From NCBI GenBank assembly GCA_963790475.1, contig CAWBOS010000012.1, positions 672,001-736,000 of the forward strand: a stretch of 64,000 nt of DNA, in the 5' to 3' direction. The DNA is from an uncultured delta proteobacterium. Its GTDB lineage: Bacteria; Desulfobacterota; RBG-13-43-22. A program made the translations under genes and the position numbers. Below are positions 18,852 through 29,122 of this stretch, piece by piece (within the stretch, counting starts at the first letter, position 1; each line of letters opens with the position of its first letter). Under the pieces are notes generated by a model. The model searched no databases, was not told where the DNA came from, and saw only the letters and a program-made list of their open reading frames with translations.

Positions 18852-19844
18852 TTGATGTCTGAAATGTTGTCTGAACAAGAGATTAGAGCAATTAAAGAAA
18901 AGAATGTAGGAATGTATTCCAAACATCCCTGGCCGGTGAACCGTCGTACTGCAGAAGAAATGGGTTGGCGGTTAAAGGTCCTGGGGATTCATCCCCGGGA
19001 GTTCGAGGGAAAAAGGACCCTGGAATGCGGCTGCGGCACCGGCAATTATGTCATCTGGTACGCCGTAGAGGGAAAGGCCTCTGAGGCCGTGGGGGTTGAC
19101 CTTTCGGATGGATCTCTGGCCGTGGCTAATCAATTGAAAGAAGAAGGTAAGGTCGAAAATGCCACCTTCAGAAAAATGGATGTGTTGAAGCTGGATTTCC
19201 CGGATAATCACTTTGATTATTCTTATTCCTATGGGGTTTTCATGATCACCGGCGATACCGAAGGGGCTTTTAGGGAGATGGTCCGGGTGACCAAGCCGGG
19301 GGGAACCGTTACCCTGAGCATCTATAATACCTTCGGCCGCTTTCCGGTCACCATACGACAGAAAATCATCAATCATTTAGCCCCCAATGATCCCGATAAA
19401 CGGGTAGAACTGGGCAAGAAATACTTTCCCGGCCCTTTTAAGAGATTGGATAAACGGTATTACGGTTTGAATACGGAACAACTGGCCTATGATACTTATG
19501 GGATTCCCTATGAGGAAGTTCACAGTGCCGGGCATGTTCTGGACTGGTTGAAAAAAGCCAATGTCAAATACAAGGGCTCCTTTGCCCCTCTGCGGGTCAG
19601 AGACTATTTTTACGCTTTTTCCTTGGATGAATATAAGGACTTCAGGAGCACCTTTACCGGTTATCCGGCCACTCAGAAGATCAGCGATTTACTCTATAAG
19701 ATCTCCGGAAATAAGAAACAACAGGAATACAAAACCCAATTCCCTTATCCCGGTCCTTTTTCCCGCGGTTTCTGCCAGCTTATGTGGCTTTTAATCGGAG
19801 GCAGCCGTTTTTCCTGTTTCACGATTTCCGGTGTTAAACAATGA
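18852..19844 (+). CDS. Class I SAM-dependent methyltransferase
   Basis: LECGCGTG, GVDLS, FPDNHFDY, MVRVTKPGG. Confidence 0.88.
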   Translation: MMSEMLSEQEIRAIKEKNVGMYSKHPWPVNRRTAEEMGWRLKVLGIHPREFEGKRTLECGCGTGNYVIWYAVEGKASEAVGVDLSDGSLAVANQLKEEGKVENATFRKMDVLKLDFPDNHFDYSYSYGVFMITGDTEGAFREMVRVTKPGGTVTLSIYNTFGRFPVTIRQKIINHLAPNDPDKRVELGKKYFPGPFKRLDKRYYGLNTEQLAYDTYGIPYEEVHSAGHVLDWLKKANVKYKGSFAPLRVRDYFYAFSLDEYKDFRSTFTGYPATQKISDLLYKISGNKKQQEYKTQFPYPGPFSRGFCQLMWLLIGGSRFSCFTISGVKQ

Positions 19845-20868
19845 TCTTCCTTTTTTTGACCAGCCAGAGATAGAAAAGACAAGCCAAGGCCCCTGACCCC
19901 AGACTGTAATCGACCACCTGAGTCAGGACATGCATGGCCAAGGCCAGAGAAACTCCCTGGGCTGGTGGAATTCCCAACCCGGCCAGAGTTCCCCCTAAAA
20001 TACCTTCATAAAAGCCGATACCGGCCAGCCCGCTTATCGGTAAACTTGCTGCCAGTTCGGACCCCATCAACCCGAAGATGATCATCAAAAAGGGTAAATG
20101 AAGGTTCTGACCTAAAAGGGCGTCAATAACCGCAGTCAGCATCAAATAAAGAAGCGAATATTTAATCACCCGGATAAGGAGCGAAAGCCCCAACAGAGGC
20201 CAAAAAATTCCGGATTTTTTCAAGGTGTGAAAAGAATGGCTGATCTCTTTTAATCGAATGGTCAAGTTTTCTTTCCAAGCAGATTTTGCCGGGGCGGATG
20301 GTTTGCTCCAGCCCTCCGACCAATGGGTCAAGCCTTTGGTTATAGGTTCCAGAAACATCAGGACCAAAAGGCCGACGGCCAGAATAAATCCTGACAAGGC
20401 CCAGAGCCAGGGATAGCGAGGAGCGGTCGTCAGACTGTCCCACAAAACCGCCAAACCCAGCAAAGGGCCGAGACTTATTAAGTCAAAGATAAAGGCATAA
20501 GTAAAGGAGGTCAAGCAGTGGGACAAGTCGACCCCGACCACCCGATTCAGGAGTACCGGATAAGAAAGTCCTCCGACCCTGGCCGGGAGGAAGTCTACCA
20601 GCATATTTCGAACAGCCGTTACCAGGGTCAGTCCCCCGAAGGGAACCTTGATCTGTTGGGAGGAGGTTCTAATTAACAGCCGATAACGCCAACTCCTCAG
20701 GAAAAGACCGGCCCCGTAAAGGGTTAAATAAGCCCAGGCGAAGAGAGGATTAAAGCGGGTTATGAGGTGGTTCCAGGATAAAATGCCGGGTTGAGAAAAG
20801 ACATAATACAGGAGGGAGAAGGTGGTCAGAAAAGAAAAAAAAAGAAAAAATATTCTTTTTCCCATCAC
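19834..20868 (-). CDS. Lysylphosphatidylglycerol synthase TM domain (UPF0104, flippase-like) protein
   Basis: LRSWRYRLL, FLPARVGG, LPISGLAGIGFYE; multiple TMs. Confidence 0.8.
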   Translation of the reverse strand: MMGKRIFFLFFSFLTTFSLLYYVFSQPGILSWNHLITRFNPLFAWAYLTLYGAGLFLRSWRYRLLIRTSSQQIKVPFGGLTLVTAVRNMLVDFLPARVGGLSYPVLLNRVVGVDLSHCLTSFTYAFIFDLISLGPLLGLAVLWDSLTTAPRYPWLWALSGFILAVGLLVLMFLEPITKGLTHWSEGWSKPSAPAKSAWKENLTIRLKEISHSFHTLKKSGIFWPLLGLSLLIRVIKYSLLYLMLTAVIDALLGQNLHLPFLMIIFGLMGSELAASLPISGLAGIGFYEGILGGTLAGLGIPPAQGVSLALAMHVLTQVVDYSLGSGALACLFYLWLVKKRKIIV

Positions 20869-21611
20869 TCTTTCTTGGGCAGGGTTTTGACAACCCGGGC
20901 CGGGGTTCCCACGGCAATACTGTTGGGGGGAATGGGGGTGTTCACCAGACTATTGGCCCCGATGACCGAATGGTTGCCGATATGACAATTTTGAAGGATA
21001 GTGACCTTTGCGGCAATCCAGCAATCACTGCCGATCTCCAAAGGAAGACAATCCCCGACTCCCATATCTTCCGATAAGTAATCGTGTTCCCCCCCGCTCA
21101 TTACCAGACAGTAAGGGCCGATGAAGGTCCGTGGTCCGATCCTGAGGAGAGTGGTGGAACTGAGGGTGGAATAATAACTGATATTGACCTCATCTTCCAG
21201 GATCATGTCGCCGTTTTTAGCCTGAAGGATACTCCCCTGACCGATAAAAACATCATTGTCGATGTGGATTCCCTTATTAGTGGTTCCTTTGGCATCCAGC
21301 ATAACACCGTCATCGATAAAGACCCGATCACCAATACTGATCTTATAGGGAGAACGAATGGATAGATCCCGGCCAAAAATGACCTTCTTGCCCACTTTCT
21401 GAAAAAGGAAAGGGTAAAACAGGGAGCGCAAGGACAAACCAAGGGCTCCGGGAATCCAGCCGAAGAGGGTGATAATAGTTTCGTATTTAATTAAAGACCA
21501 CCAACTCCCCTCACCGACCATAAAGGATTTGTATTTTGAAGCCAATCCTCCTGAGGAATCAAAGATGGTCTTGACCCGGAATTGATTGACTTCACGGTTT
21601 TCACACTTCAT
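20865..21611 (-). CDS. Hexapeptide-repeat (LbH) O-acyltransferase
   Basis: Hexapeptide repeats, IGSDCWI, GANSLV, VGTPARVVK. Confidence 0.88.
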   Translation of the reverse strand: MKCENREVNQFRVKTIFDSSGGLASKYKSFMVGEGSWWSLIKYETIITLFGWIPGALGLSLRSLFYPFLFQKVGKKVIFGRDLSIRSPYKISIGDRVFIDDGVMLDAKGTTNKGIHIDNDVFIGQGSILQAKNGDMILEDEVNISYYSTLSSTTLLRIGPRTFIGPYCLVMSGGEHDYLSEDMGVGDCLPLEIGSDCWIAAKVTILQNCHIGNHSVIGANSLVNTPIPPNSIAVGTPARVVKTLPKKE

Positions 21612-21624
21612 AGTTATCTACTTT

Positions 21625-23028
21625 TCATAAACCTTTAAGCAGTTTTCGAAGGGGTCTTCGGAATTTTCCCAGGATCGCTAAAAGGGTTTCCCCGTAATTG
21701 GAAAGCATAACCCGGTAACCGAGGGCCCTGATCTTTGAATAAGGCCAGAAGACCTTGAAGGCAAACCATTTAAGGGAGTTTTCGATCGCCTCCGGTTTAT
21801 ATTGGGGCATATCCAGAATACTTTTTTTGTAGATCACATCGTCATCTTTCAGGACGTCTTGTTCTTCCTTCAAATATCCTTTCTCCAAACAGAGATCATA
21901 GAGATCGGTACCGGGAAAAGGATAAAAAATGCTGATCCCGGCTACATCAGGCCGGATCTGCTGATTGAGCTTAATGGTGGCCTGGTGCAACTCCGGCGTC
22001 TCTCCGGGCAGACCGACCATGTTCAGGGTTTTAACCTGGAGGCCCACCTCCTTGGCAATCCTGGAAACCTCCAGCATCTGTTTGTTGGTTGTTTTTCTGC
22101 GCAAAACCTGATTCCGGAAGTTCTGGTCCCCATGTTCGACCCCGAACCCGACACGGGTGCCCCCGGCTTCTTTTAGTTTGGTCAATTTGTCCCGGTCCAG
22201 GATCTCTGCCCGGCCGGAAAACATAAAAGGGAGGCCGATCTCTTTTTTATAGCGATCGGCAAACTCATGAACCAGATCGCGATCGATCCAGCAGATGTCA
22301 TCGTCAAACAGGATCTCGCTAAAGCGATATTTTTTTTGAAGCCCTTTGATCTCGTTAATGATATGATCAGCACTCCGGAAGCGGACATAGGCTCCTTGCT
22401 GCAATTTTCTGATGCGGTGGTTGGAACAGAAGGTACAATTGAAGGGACATCCTCGCCCGGCAAGGATGCGGATCTGAGAAAGTCCCCAATTGTCGATAAC
22501 CTTTTGATGGTCGCTCAGCTCACGGTCCACAAAAGGGAGGCTGTCGAGATCCTGAATAAAAGGACGGGTTGGATTTTGGATCTGGCGTCCATTTTCTTTT
22601 ACCCAGAGATTTTTTATTCGGGTATAATCTTTTCCCTGCTCCAAAGCTTGGGCCAGTTCCAGCATGGGGTATTCCCCTTCACCGATACAAAGGGCATTCA
22701 AACGCGAGGTCTGTTCCAGACACTGGGGGAAGATAGTCGGGTGAGGCCCCCCCAGAATGATAAACATGCCGGGATCATCCACGGCCTGGACCATTTTTTG
22801 AATAAATTGAAATTGGGGTGCAGTAGTATAAATACCTATTAATTGGGGATTGATACGCTTGAGGTCATCCCGCCACTGTTCAAGATAACCCCTATCCGGA
22901 TAATAACCAAGATGAATATCAGTGTAACCGTTTTGTTTTAGAAAAGCGGAGATGGACATCAACCCGTGGGCTGCGCCTAACTGGCCGAATCTTTGATTGA
23001 TTTCCGTTAGAACTAATAATATTCTCAT
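21625..23028 (-). CDS. Cobalamin-binding radical SAM protein (class B methyltransferase-like)
   Basis: LGGPHPT, GEGE, RGCPFNCTFC (CxxxCxxC), FGVEHG, MVGLPGET, PFPGT. Confidence 0.9.
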   Translation of the reverse strand: MRILLVLTEINQRFGQLGAAHGLMSISAFLKQNGYTDIHLGYYPDRGYLEQWRDDLKRINPQLIGIYTTAPQFQFIQKMVQAVDDPGMFIILGGPHPTIFPQCLEQTSRLNALCIGEGEYPMLELAQALEQGKDYTRIKNLWVKENGRQIQNPTRPFIQDLDSLPFVDRELSDHQKVIDNWGLSQIRILAGRGCPFNCTFCSNHRIRKLQQGAYVRFRSADHIINEIKGLQKKYRFSEILFDDDICWIDRDLVHEFADRYKKEIGLPFMFSGRAEILDRDKLTKLKEAGGTRVGFGVEHGDQNFRNQVLRRKTTNKQMLEVSRIAKEVGLQVKTLNMVGLPGETPELHQATIKLNQQIRPDVAGISIFYPFPGTDLYDLCLEKGYLKEEQDVLKDDDVIYKKSILDMPQYKPEAIENSLKWFAFKVFWPYSKIRALGYRVMLSNYGETLLAILGKFRRPLRKLLKGL

Positions 23029-23042
23029 TAATTATTTCCGAC

Positions 23043-23089
23043 CCCAACCCCTTCCCTCCCCCCTCCGAAGGGGGAGGGAAGGGGTTGGG
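23043..23089. repeat. Long GC-rich REP-like hairpin
   Basis: CCCAACCCCTTCCCTCCCCC / GGGGGAGGGAAGGGGTTGGG stem about 15 nt upstream of the radical SAM start. Confidence 0.7.
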
Positions 23090-23217
23090 AGGATATAAGA
23101 ATTTCAAAGTTAGTGAAAATAGATAAATACCATATGGCGATTGTTGAGACAAGGACAAATCTCCGTGTCAGGAACAGAGGGTGGAGTTTGGAAATGAGAG
23201 GCATGGAAAAGGGGAAA

Positions 23218-24273
23218 ATGAACCCCGGAAAAGACCTTTTTCGGAGGCGGAAAATATTATGGGGGATCTTAACCCTAACCGCAGTATTTCTGGCCGTTGT
23301 GTTTTTTTATTTTCTGGGGGTTCGATCTGTTTACCGTCATTTCGGCCTTTATTTCCTAAAGCCTACGGAAACCCAATGGCCGGCCGGATCCCGAGAGGCT
23401 ATTCGTGCCCTTCTCGGACCCCTGAAAGGCAAAGTGGTCTGGGGGTCCAGCCGAACCGGAACCCACCAGATTTTTTTAATGACCCTCCCCGAACTTACTA
23501 TTTATCAATTGACCAATGACCCCCATGTCAATTATTTCCCCCGCTTCAGCCCGGATGGGAAACGGATTATTTTCGCCCGGTCCCAAAAAAAGTGGGTATC
23601 GGAAAGAGATCAAATTCCCTGGGATGTCTATCTCTATAATCTGGAGGACGGAAAAGAGAATTTGGTGGTCCGTAACGGCAATTTTCCTCTCTGGCTTCCA
23701 GACGGGCAGCGGATCCTCTTTTTGAGAGAGTATCGGGTGATCATTTTGGACCTTGTTTCTAAAAAAGAAAGGATAATCTTTGATGGTCACCAACCTCCCT
23801 TTGATGCCCAACCATCGACCCCGGAGTTGTCTCCTCTGAATCAAAACCTGCTGGCCGTAACGCTGCGGGGGAAACAGGACGGGGTTTTTCTGGTGGACCT
23901 TTCCAAGGGTTCCATGACCTTTCTGGGAATAGGTGCTTGTGAATTAACCTGGCTGCCCGGGTCTTCTGATTTGGTTTGGGTGGAAAATGGGGGCCGGGGT
24001 GGAACCCTTCTGATGGCCTCCCCTATCCAAAAGGTGGAAAGAAGGATCTTCATGGATCTGCCCTTTTCTTTCAGCCATGAATACTTTCCGAGATTCTCCC
24101 GGAACGGGCAATGGCTTGTTTGGGGGGCGTCTGAGGGGGATCACGAGCATGATCTGGCTGATTATGAAATTTTTCTTTGGAGGGTAGGTACTCCCTGGGG
24201 GTCCGCCGTCCGCTTGACCTTCAACAAGGCCAATGACCGCTTTCCTGAAATTTTTATTGAAAATACCAGGTGA
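23218..24273 (+). CDS. TolB-like PD40 beta-propeller protein with N-terminal membrane anchor
   Basis: PRFSPDGKRIIFAR, WLPDGQRILF, PRFSRNGQWL repeats; start uncertain (23194/23203/23218). Confidence 0.8.
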   Translation: MNPGKDLFRRRKILWGILTLTAVFLAVVFFYFLGVRSVYRHFGLYFLKPTETQWPAGSREAIRALLGPLKGKVVWGSSRTGTHQIFLMTLPELTIYQLTNDPHVNYFPRFSPDGKRIIFARSQKKWVSERDQIPWDVYLYNLEDGKENLVVRNGNFPLWLPDGQRILFLREYRVIILDLVSKKERIIFDGHQPPFDAQPSTPELSPLNQNLLAVTLRGKQDGVFLVDLSKGSMTFLGIGACELTWLPGSSDLVWVENGGRGGTLLMASPIQKVERRIFMDLPFSFSHEYFPRFSRNGQWLVWGASEGDHEHDLADYEIFLWRVGTPWGSAVRLTFNKANDRFPEIFIENTR

Positions 24274-24286
24274 GCCTAATATCCAT

Positions 24287-24824
24287 TCATTTGATGGGTT
24301 TCAATTGCGCTTTTGAATTCTGGATTCGTTTCGAAGCAGAGGTGCCCTGTTTCCGAAAGGTGATATCATAAGGTTCATACAACTCCTGCCCATGGTCATC
24401 GAAATAATGGAGGTCCATGAGTCCGCTGATTGTTTTTTTATCGGTACCCATGAAATCCATTGAGTACTTTTCATAAACTGTGAGGTCACCGCAAAAATGA
24501 TAAGTCCGGCCTTTCACGTAACCGTCCTCCCGTAACCAAAATTCTCCATCGACGATCTCCGGCCGGGGCAGTGGTTATTTTCATACCCGAGAAGTCCAAA
24601 TTTCCGTCGAAGGTCATGGTCCCGGTCAAGGTGAACGGTGATATTTGTCTGTCGGATCTGAATTACCAGGTTCCTTCCAGATCGGTATTGCCGTAGGTTG
24701 TGGGAGTGGTTCCACCTCCGCCTCCGTCTGTTGAGCTTCCACCTCCGCTGCCGGATCCGGAGGAACATGAGGTGATTAACCAAAACAAGGAAATAATTAT
24801 CCAAAAACCTTTATTGAATTTCAC
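24287..24824 (-). pseudogene. Disrupted lipoprotein gene with Ser/Gly tether
   Basis: GTG 24824: MKFNKGFWIIISLFWLITS-C-SSGSGSGGGSSTDGGGGG..DLEGTW, then in-frame TAA and about two frameshifts joining the 24514-24804 and 24287-24517 ORF pieces. Confidence 0.65.
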
Positions 24825-25068
24825 AGGAAAACGATATAGGATATTATAAATTTTCCGTCAAGGCAAAAATTCCTTGGACCACTGAAAGCTTCTATTCGTA
24901 TCCTGGTCTTTTTCTTCATTGTTTTTCGGCTAATTTGTTGAGTTGACAGATAAAGAGCGGCATGGTAGATAAAAAGCTGTCAAAGAGGGACGACAGCTCT
25001 CTCCGCCCCCAGCTCTTTGCATTTTCGTTCCGGGGACCATCGACGGACAAATCAATAGACAGGTCAAC

Positions 25069-25884
25069 ATGGGTGATGATTACAAAATGTTCGAGCTTGA
25101 AGGAGAATACCTTCGGCACACGGACTACCATCTTTTTCCCGGAGGCCGAAAACGTCTTCGGGTAATAGTTAAATACTGCGAGCAAAAATCCAGGCAAATG
25201 GGAAGGCGGCTCAATATCCTGGATGTGGGTTGTGGAAACGGCTCGAACAGTCTTCCCATAGCCAGTCTTGGTCATCATCTGGTCGGTATCGATATCTCTC
25301 TCGAGTCGGTTGAGTACGCCCGAAACCGAAATCCTTTTTCGAATGCCCGTTTTATGGTTCACAACCTTATGGAACAGCCCCTATCCGAGAAATTCGATTT
25401 TGTTATCTGCTCCGAGGTCCTTGAACATTTGACGGATCCCGGACCCCTCGTCCGGGCCATATCCGGGGTATTGGTAACGGGAGGCCTGCTGGTGATTACC
25501 GTCCCCAACGGTTACGGCCCCCGGGAGGTACTTGGTCGGCTGGAACAGCGTTTAAGAAGAAGCCGTGTCCTGCAGCCACTTGTGGAAGGTTTTCGTGGAC
25601 TGTTCCATATGAGTTCCGCTGCCGAGAAATGCCGTATGCACACCTCCAATCCGGATCAGGACCATGTCCAGAAGTTCACTCAGGGTCAGTTGAAACACCT
25701 GATTGAATCGAGCGGTCTACGGGTGGCGGAATGGGTGGGCTCTTTCTGGCTATTGAGTCTTTTCGGGAAGGCCAAGGAAGGTACGAATCTCATAGCCCGG
25801 ATCGACTCCTGGCTGGCGGATATCGGCCCGGCGATAATCGCCAGCGGTTGGTATGTGGTTTGTGAGAAACCCGATGGACAATAA
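25069..25884 (+). CDS. Class I SAM-dependent methyltransferase (UbiG-like)
   Basis: ILDVGCGNG, GIDIS, FDFVICSEVLEHL, ITVPN. Confidence 0.88.
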   Translation: MGDDYKMFELEGEYLRHTDYHLFPGGRKRLRVIVKYCEQKSRQMGRRLNILDVGCGNGSNSLPIASLGHHLVGIDISLESVEYARNRNPFSNARFMVHNLMEQPLSEKFDFVICSEVLEHLTDPGPLVRAISGVLVTGGLLVITVPNGYGPREVLGRLEQRLRRSRVLQPLVEGFRGLFHMSSAAEKCRMHTSNPDQDHVQKFTQGQLKHLIESSGLRVAEWVGSFWLLSLFGKAKEGTNLIARIDSWLADIGPAIIASGWYVVCEKPDGQ

Positions 25885-26716
25885 TTCCAAACCGGACCAT
25901 TTTATTTTGGCCGACGGTCATGTGCATATTTATCGCAATTTTAGTTTAGAAATCCTATTGAACCGGGCTCGCGAAAATTTTCAGGAGGTGTCGGCCCTAC
26001 AAGGCTATAAATATCCAAGGACCGTTTTTTTATTCTTGACCGAAACGAAAAAAGAAAATTGGTTTTCCTTCTTGAAGCAACAGACGACAGAAAATAAGGA
26101 GTTTCCTTCACCGGGTTTTGGAAAATGGAGTTTCCGGCAAACCCGGGAAGAAAGTTCCCTTTACGGGCGGTCCAATAAAGAAGATGGTCTTTTTTTGATT
26201 GCCGGACGTCAGATCAAGGCCGAAAGAAACCTGGAGGTTCTGGCCCTGGGGACAATTGAGTCTTTTGAAGAGGGACGGCCGGTCGAGGAATTAATTCATA
26301 CTATTAGCCAGAAAGGGGCCATTCCGGTCATCCCCTGGGGGGCTGGAAAATGGCTTGGGGCAAGAGGACGGATGATAAAACAACTTCTTCTAAATCAGGA
26401 TGGCCCTCTATTTTTTTTAGGCGATACCAGAAATCGTCCTGTCTTTTGGCCCAAGTCGTCTATTTTCAAACAGGCGGAACATCAGGGGTTGAAGACCCTT
26501 CCCGGCAGTGATCCCCTACCTTTGTCGTCCCAGGAGAAGTTTACGGGAAGTTATGGTTTTTGGCTAAGGGGAGATATTAATGCCGATTATCCCTTCGCCA
26601 GCATCAAAAAATTGCTCATCGATCCTGAGACTTCGGTTGTCCCTTACGGAAAAGGGGAAGGGTTCTTCCGTTTTTTTCGGGAACAGGTCCGTCTGAGAAT
26701 AACGGCCGGGAAATAA
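25874..26716 (+). CDS. PHP-like (phosphoesterase-fold) hypothetical protein
   Basis: ADGHVHIY HxH motif, IAGRQI, GSDPLP (degenerate GSDxH); start at ATG 25874 overlaps previous gene. Confidence 0.6.
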   Translation: MDNNSKPDHFILADGHVHIYRNFSLEILLNRARENFQEVSALQGYKYPRTVFLFLTETKKENWFSFLKQQTTENKEFPSPGFGKWSFRQTREESSLYGRSNKEDGLFLIAGRQIKAERNLEVLALGTIESFEEGRPVEELIHTISQKGAIPVIPWGAGKWLGARGRMIKQLLLNQDGPLFFLGDTRNRPVFWPKSSIFKQAEHQGLKTLPGSDPLPLSSQEKFTGSYGFWLRGDINADYPFASIKKLLIDPETSVVPYGKGEGFFRFFREQVRLRITAGK

Positions 26717-26720
26717 GAAT

Positions 26721-28391
26721 ATGCTGAGAAGACCGGAAGCACTGGCAGATCATACATGGGATGTCCTGGTTATAGGAGGAGGTATCCTCGGGGCGGCCAT
26801 AGTTCATGAGGCGACGGAAAGGGGTTTTAAGTCAGCCCTCATCGAGAAAGGAGATTTTGGGGAGGCCACGTCGTCCAATAGCTTAAAGACGATTCACGGA
26901 GGTCTGCGTTATTTGCAGCAGGCCGATCTGAGACGCAGCAGGCAATCCATCCGAGCCCGAAGAAAATTTATGGCCTTTGCCCCTCACCTGGTTCTTCCTC
27001 AACCCTTTTTAATCCCGGTTTACGGACACGGGATCAAGGGTAAAGAAGTCATAACCGCGGGTCTGATGATAAATGATTTATTAAGCTGGGATCGGAACCA
27101 AAATCTTCCGGAAGAAAATTTTCTTCCCAGAGGAAGGCTTGTTTCCCGAAAAGACTGTTTAGGCATAATCCCGGATATTGAAAAACAGGGACTCACAGGC
27201 GGTGCCCTGTGGTACGACGGACAGGCTCAACATACGGAGCGATTGACCTTGGAATTTATCCTGGCAGCTTCGGAAAAAGGGGCCAGCGTTGCTAATTATG
27301 TTCTTGCCAAGGACCTAGTCATAGAGCAAGGAACGGTTAAAGGGGTTAAGGCAAAAGAGATTTTTTCAAAGGCGGAATTTCTCATACGAGCCGGGATAGT
27401 GATCAACGCCTCGGGCCCCTGGCTTAGGGAGATATGGCAACCTTTAACCCAATCTCCTAAGCCATCCATGAGTTGGGTCAAGGGAATGAATTTGATTATC
27501 CATAAAACCCTCTTTCAGAATTATGGGGTAGGCCTGCAGGAAAACAAAAAGGCTGCCTCCGGGAAAGGATCACGTTTTTTCTTATTTATCCCTTGGCACG
27601 GACAGACGATGATAGGGACCGCCTATAACCGTTACGTTGGAGACCCGAATCTTGCCCGACTGGAAGAAAAAGAGGTTGCCGATTTCTTAGAAGAGATCAA
27701 CACCATTTACCCTCCTGCCCGGTTGACGATGAATGATGTTTCCTTTGTCCATTTTGGTCTTCAGCCGGTTTCCGAGGGTCAGGATGAATATGATGCCCAT
27801 CCCGAACCGGACCGGTATTCTGAGATCTTTGATCATGGATCTCTGGCCGGTGTTAAAGGTTTGATCTCTGTCAAAAGCACTAAATATACCACCGCCCCGG
27901 TGGTGGCTGAAAAAGTCCTGGATCTTGTTACAGCTAAAGGGAGTTTACCGGCCGGCCCTGCTTTGCAGCCCACGGAACTTTCTCCATATAAAAAAACATC
28001 GCTTGAAGGGGAGATAGGCAAACTGGTCTTCAAGGATCAAGCCGATTATAGCGGTTTGCTGGCCGATCATTTTTGGCAAAACTACGGCCCTCGAAGCAAA
28101 AATATTTTTGATTTGATCCGCCGTGATCCGGAAGCCCTTCAACTCATCTCGAGGCGTCCCTTGGTGACCATCGGTGAGGTGCTCTATGGGATACGGGAAG
28201 AAATGGCCTTGAAATTATCCGACATCGTTTGCCGGCGGACCAACCTGTCCCAGACCGGTTGTCCGACTCAAGAAAACCTTGAAAAGGTTGCCGCCATAAT
28301 GTCCCGAGAATTAGGATGGGATGAACCTCGCCGGCAACAGGAAATAGATTTGGTATTACAGGCCTATCGGCCTTTCAGGAAAACGGCATGA
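26721..28391 (+). CDS. FAD-dependent glycerol-3-phosphate dehydrogenase/oxidase family protein
   Basis: IGGGILG, TSSNSLKTIHGGLRYL, INASGPW, KYTTA, C-terminal EMALKLSDIVCRRT. Confidence 0.85.
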   Translation: MLRRPEALADHTWDVLVIGGGILGAAIVHEATERGFKSALIEKGDFGEATSSNSLKTIHGGLRYLQQADLRRSRQSIRARRKFMAFAPHLVLPQPFLIPVYGHGIKGKEVITAGLMINDLLSWDRNQNLPEENFLPRGRLVSRKDCLGIIPDIEKQGLTGGALWYDGQAQHTERLTLEFILAASEKGASVANYVLAKDLVIEQGTVKGVKAKEIFSKAEFLIRAGIVINASGPWLREIWQPLTQSPKPSMSWVKGMNLIIHKTLFQNYGVGLQENKKAASGKGSRFFLFIPWHGQTMIGTAYNRYVGDPNLARLEEKEVADFLEEINTIYPPARLTMNDVSFVHFGLQPVSEGQDEYDAHPEPDRYSEIFDHGSLAGVKGLISVKSTKYTTAPVVAEKVLDLVTAKGSLPAGPALQPTELSPYKKTSLEGEIGKLVFKDQADYSGLLADHFWQNYGPRSKNIFDLIRRDPEALQLISRRPLVTIGEVLYGIREEMALKLSDIVCRRTNLSQTGCPTQENLEKVAAIMSRELGWDEPRRQQEIDLVLQAYRPFRKTA

Positions 28392-29122
28392 ACCCTGAGA
28401 CTTTTGGAAATCCAATCGAATTTGCCGATGTCGAAACCTCATCGGAAGGTTATGCCCGGCGGTTTTCCGGGTCGGTGGGAGAATTTTTTTTAGCCCTCCA
28501 GACTCAAATCGTTCTGAAATTATTGAAACCCTGGCCCGGGTCCCGAGTCCTGGATATCGGAGGGGGACACGGACAACTTGCCCGGCCTTTGGTGGAGGCC
28601 GGTTATGAGGTAACGGTGGCCGGGAGTCATCCGGCCTGCCAGGATCGTTTGAATCGCCTGCTGCCTCCGAACTCCTTTGATTTTGTTGTCGGAGACCTTT
28701 TATCCCTCCCTTTGTCGGAGAGCAGTTTCGATATCGTTCTTTCCTTCCGCCTGTTGCCGCATGTGGAAGCCTGGCCAAAGTTGGTCGCCGAATGTTGCCG
28801 TCTGTCTAAAAAGGCCGTGATCGTCGATTACCCTGATATCCGCAGCATCAATATTTTTTCCAAGCTTTTTTTTCAGCTCAAAAAGGCCGTAGAAAAAAAC
28901 ACCCGGCCTTTCAGCTGCTTCAGCCGTCAGGAGCTCAGGGAGGAATTTGCCAGGCACCACTTTGGCCATCCCTTATTCCGGCCGGAATTTTTTATTCCCA
29001 TGGCCCTCCATCGGGCCTTGAAAAGCGGAGTCTTGTCCAAAGGATTGGAAACGGTTTGCCGGGGGGCTGGCCTGACGCGTCTTCTGGGTTCGCCGGTTAT
29101 TCTCAGAGTGACTCGGGAATGA
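28388..29122 (+). CDS. Class I SAM-dependent methyltransferase
   Basis: VLDIGGGHGQ, LPLSESSFDIV, RLLPHV. Confidence 0.85.
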   Translation: MNPETFGNPIEFADVETSSEGYARRFSGSVGEFFLALQTQIVLKLLKPWPGSRVLDIGGGHGQLARPLVEAGYEVTVAGSHPACQDRLNRLLPPNSFDFVVGDLLSLPLSESSFDIVLSFRLLPHVEAWPKLVAECCRLSKKAVIVDYPDIRSINIFSKLFFQLKKAVEKNTRPFSCFSRQELREEFARHHFGHPLFRPEFFIPMALHRALKSGVLSKGLETVCRGAGLTRLLGSPVILRVTRE

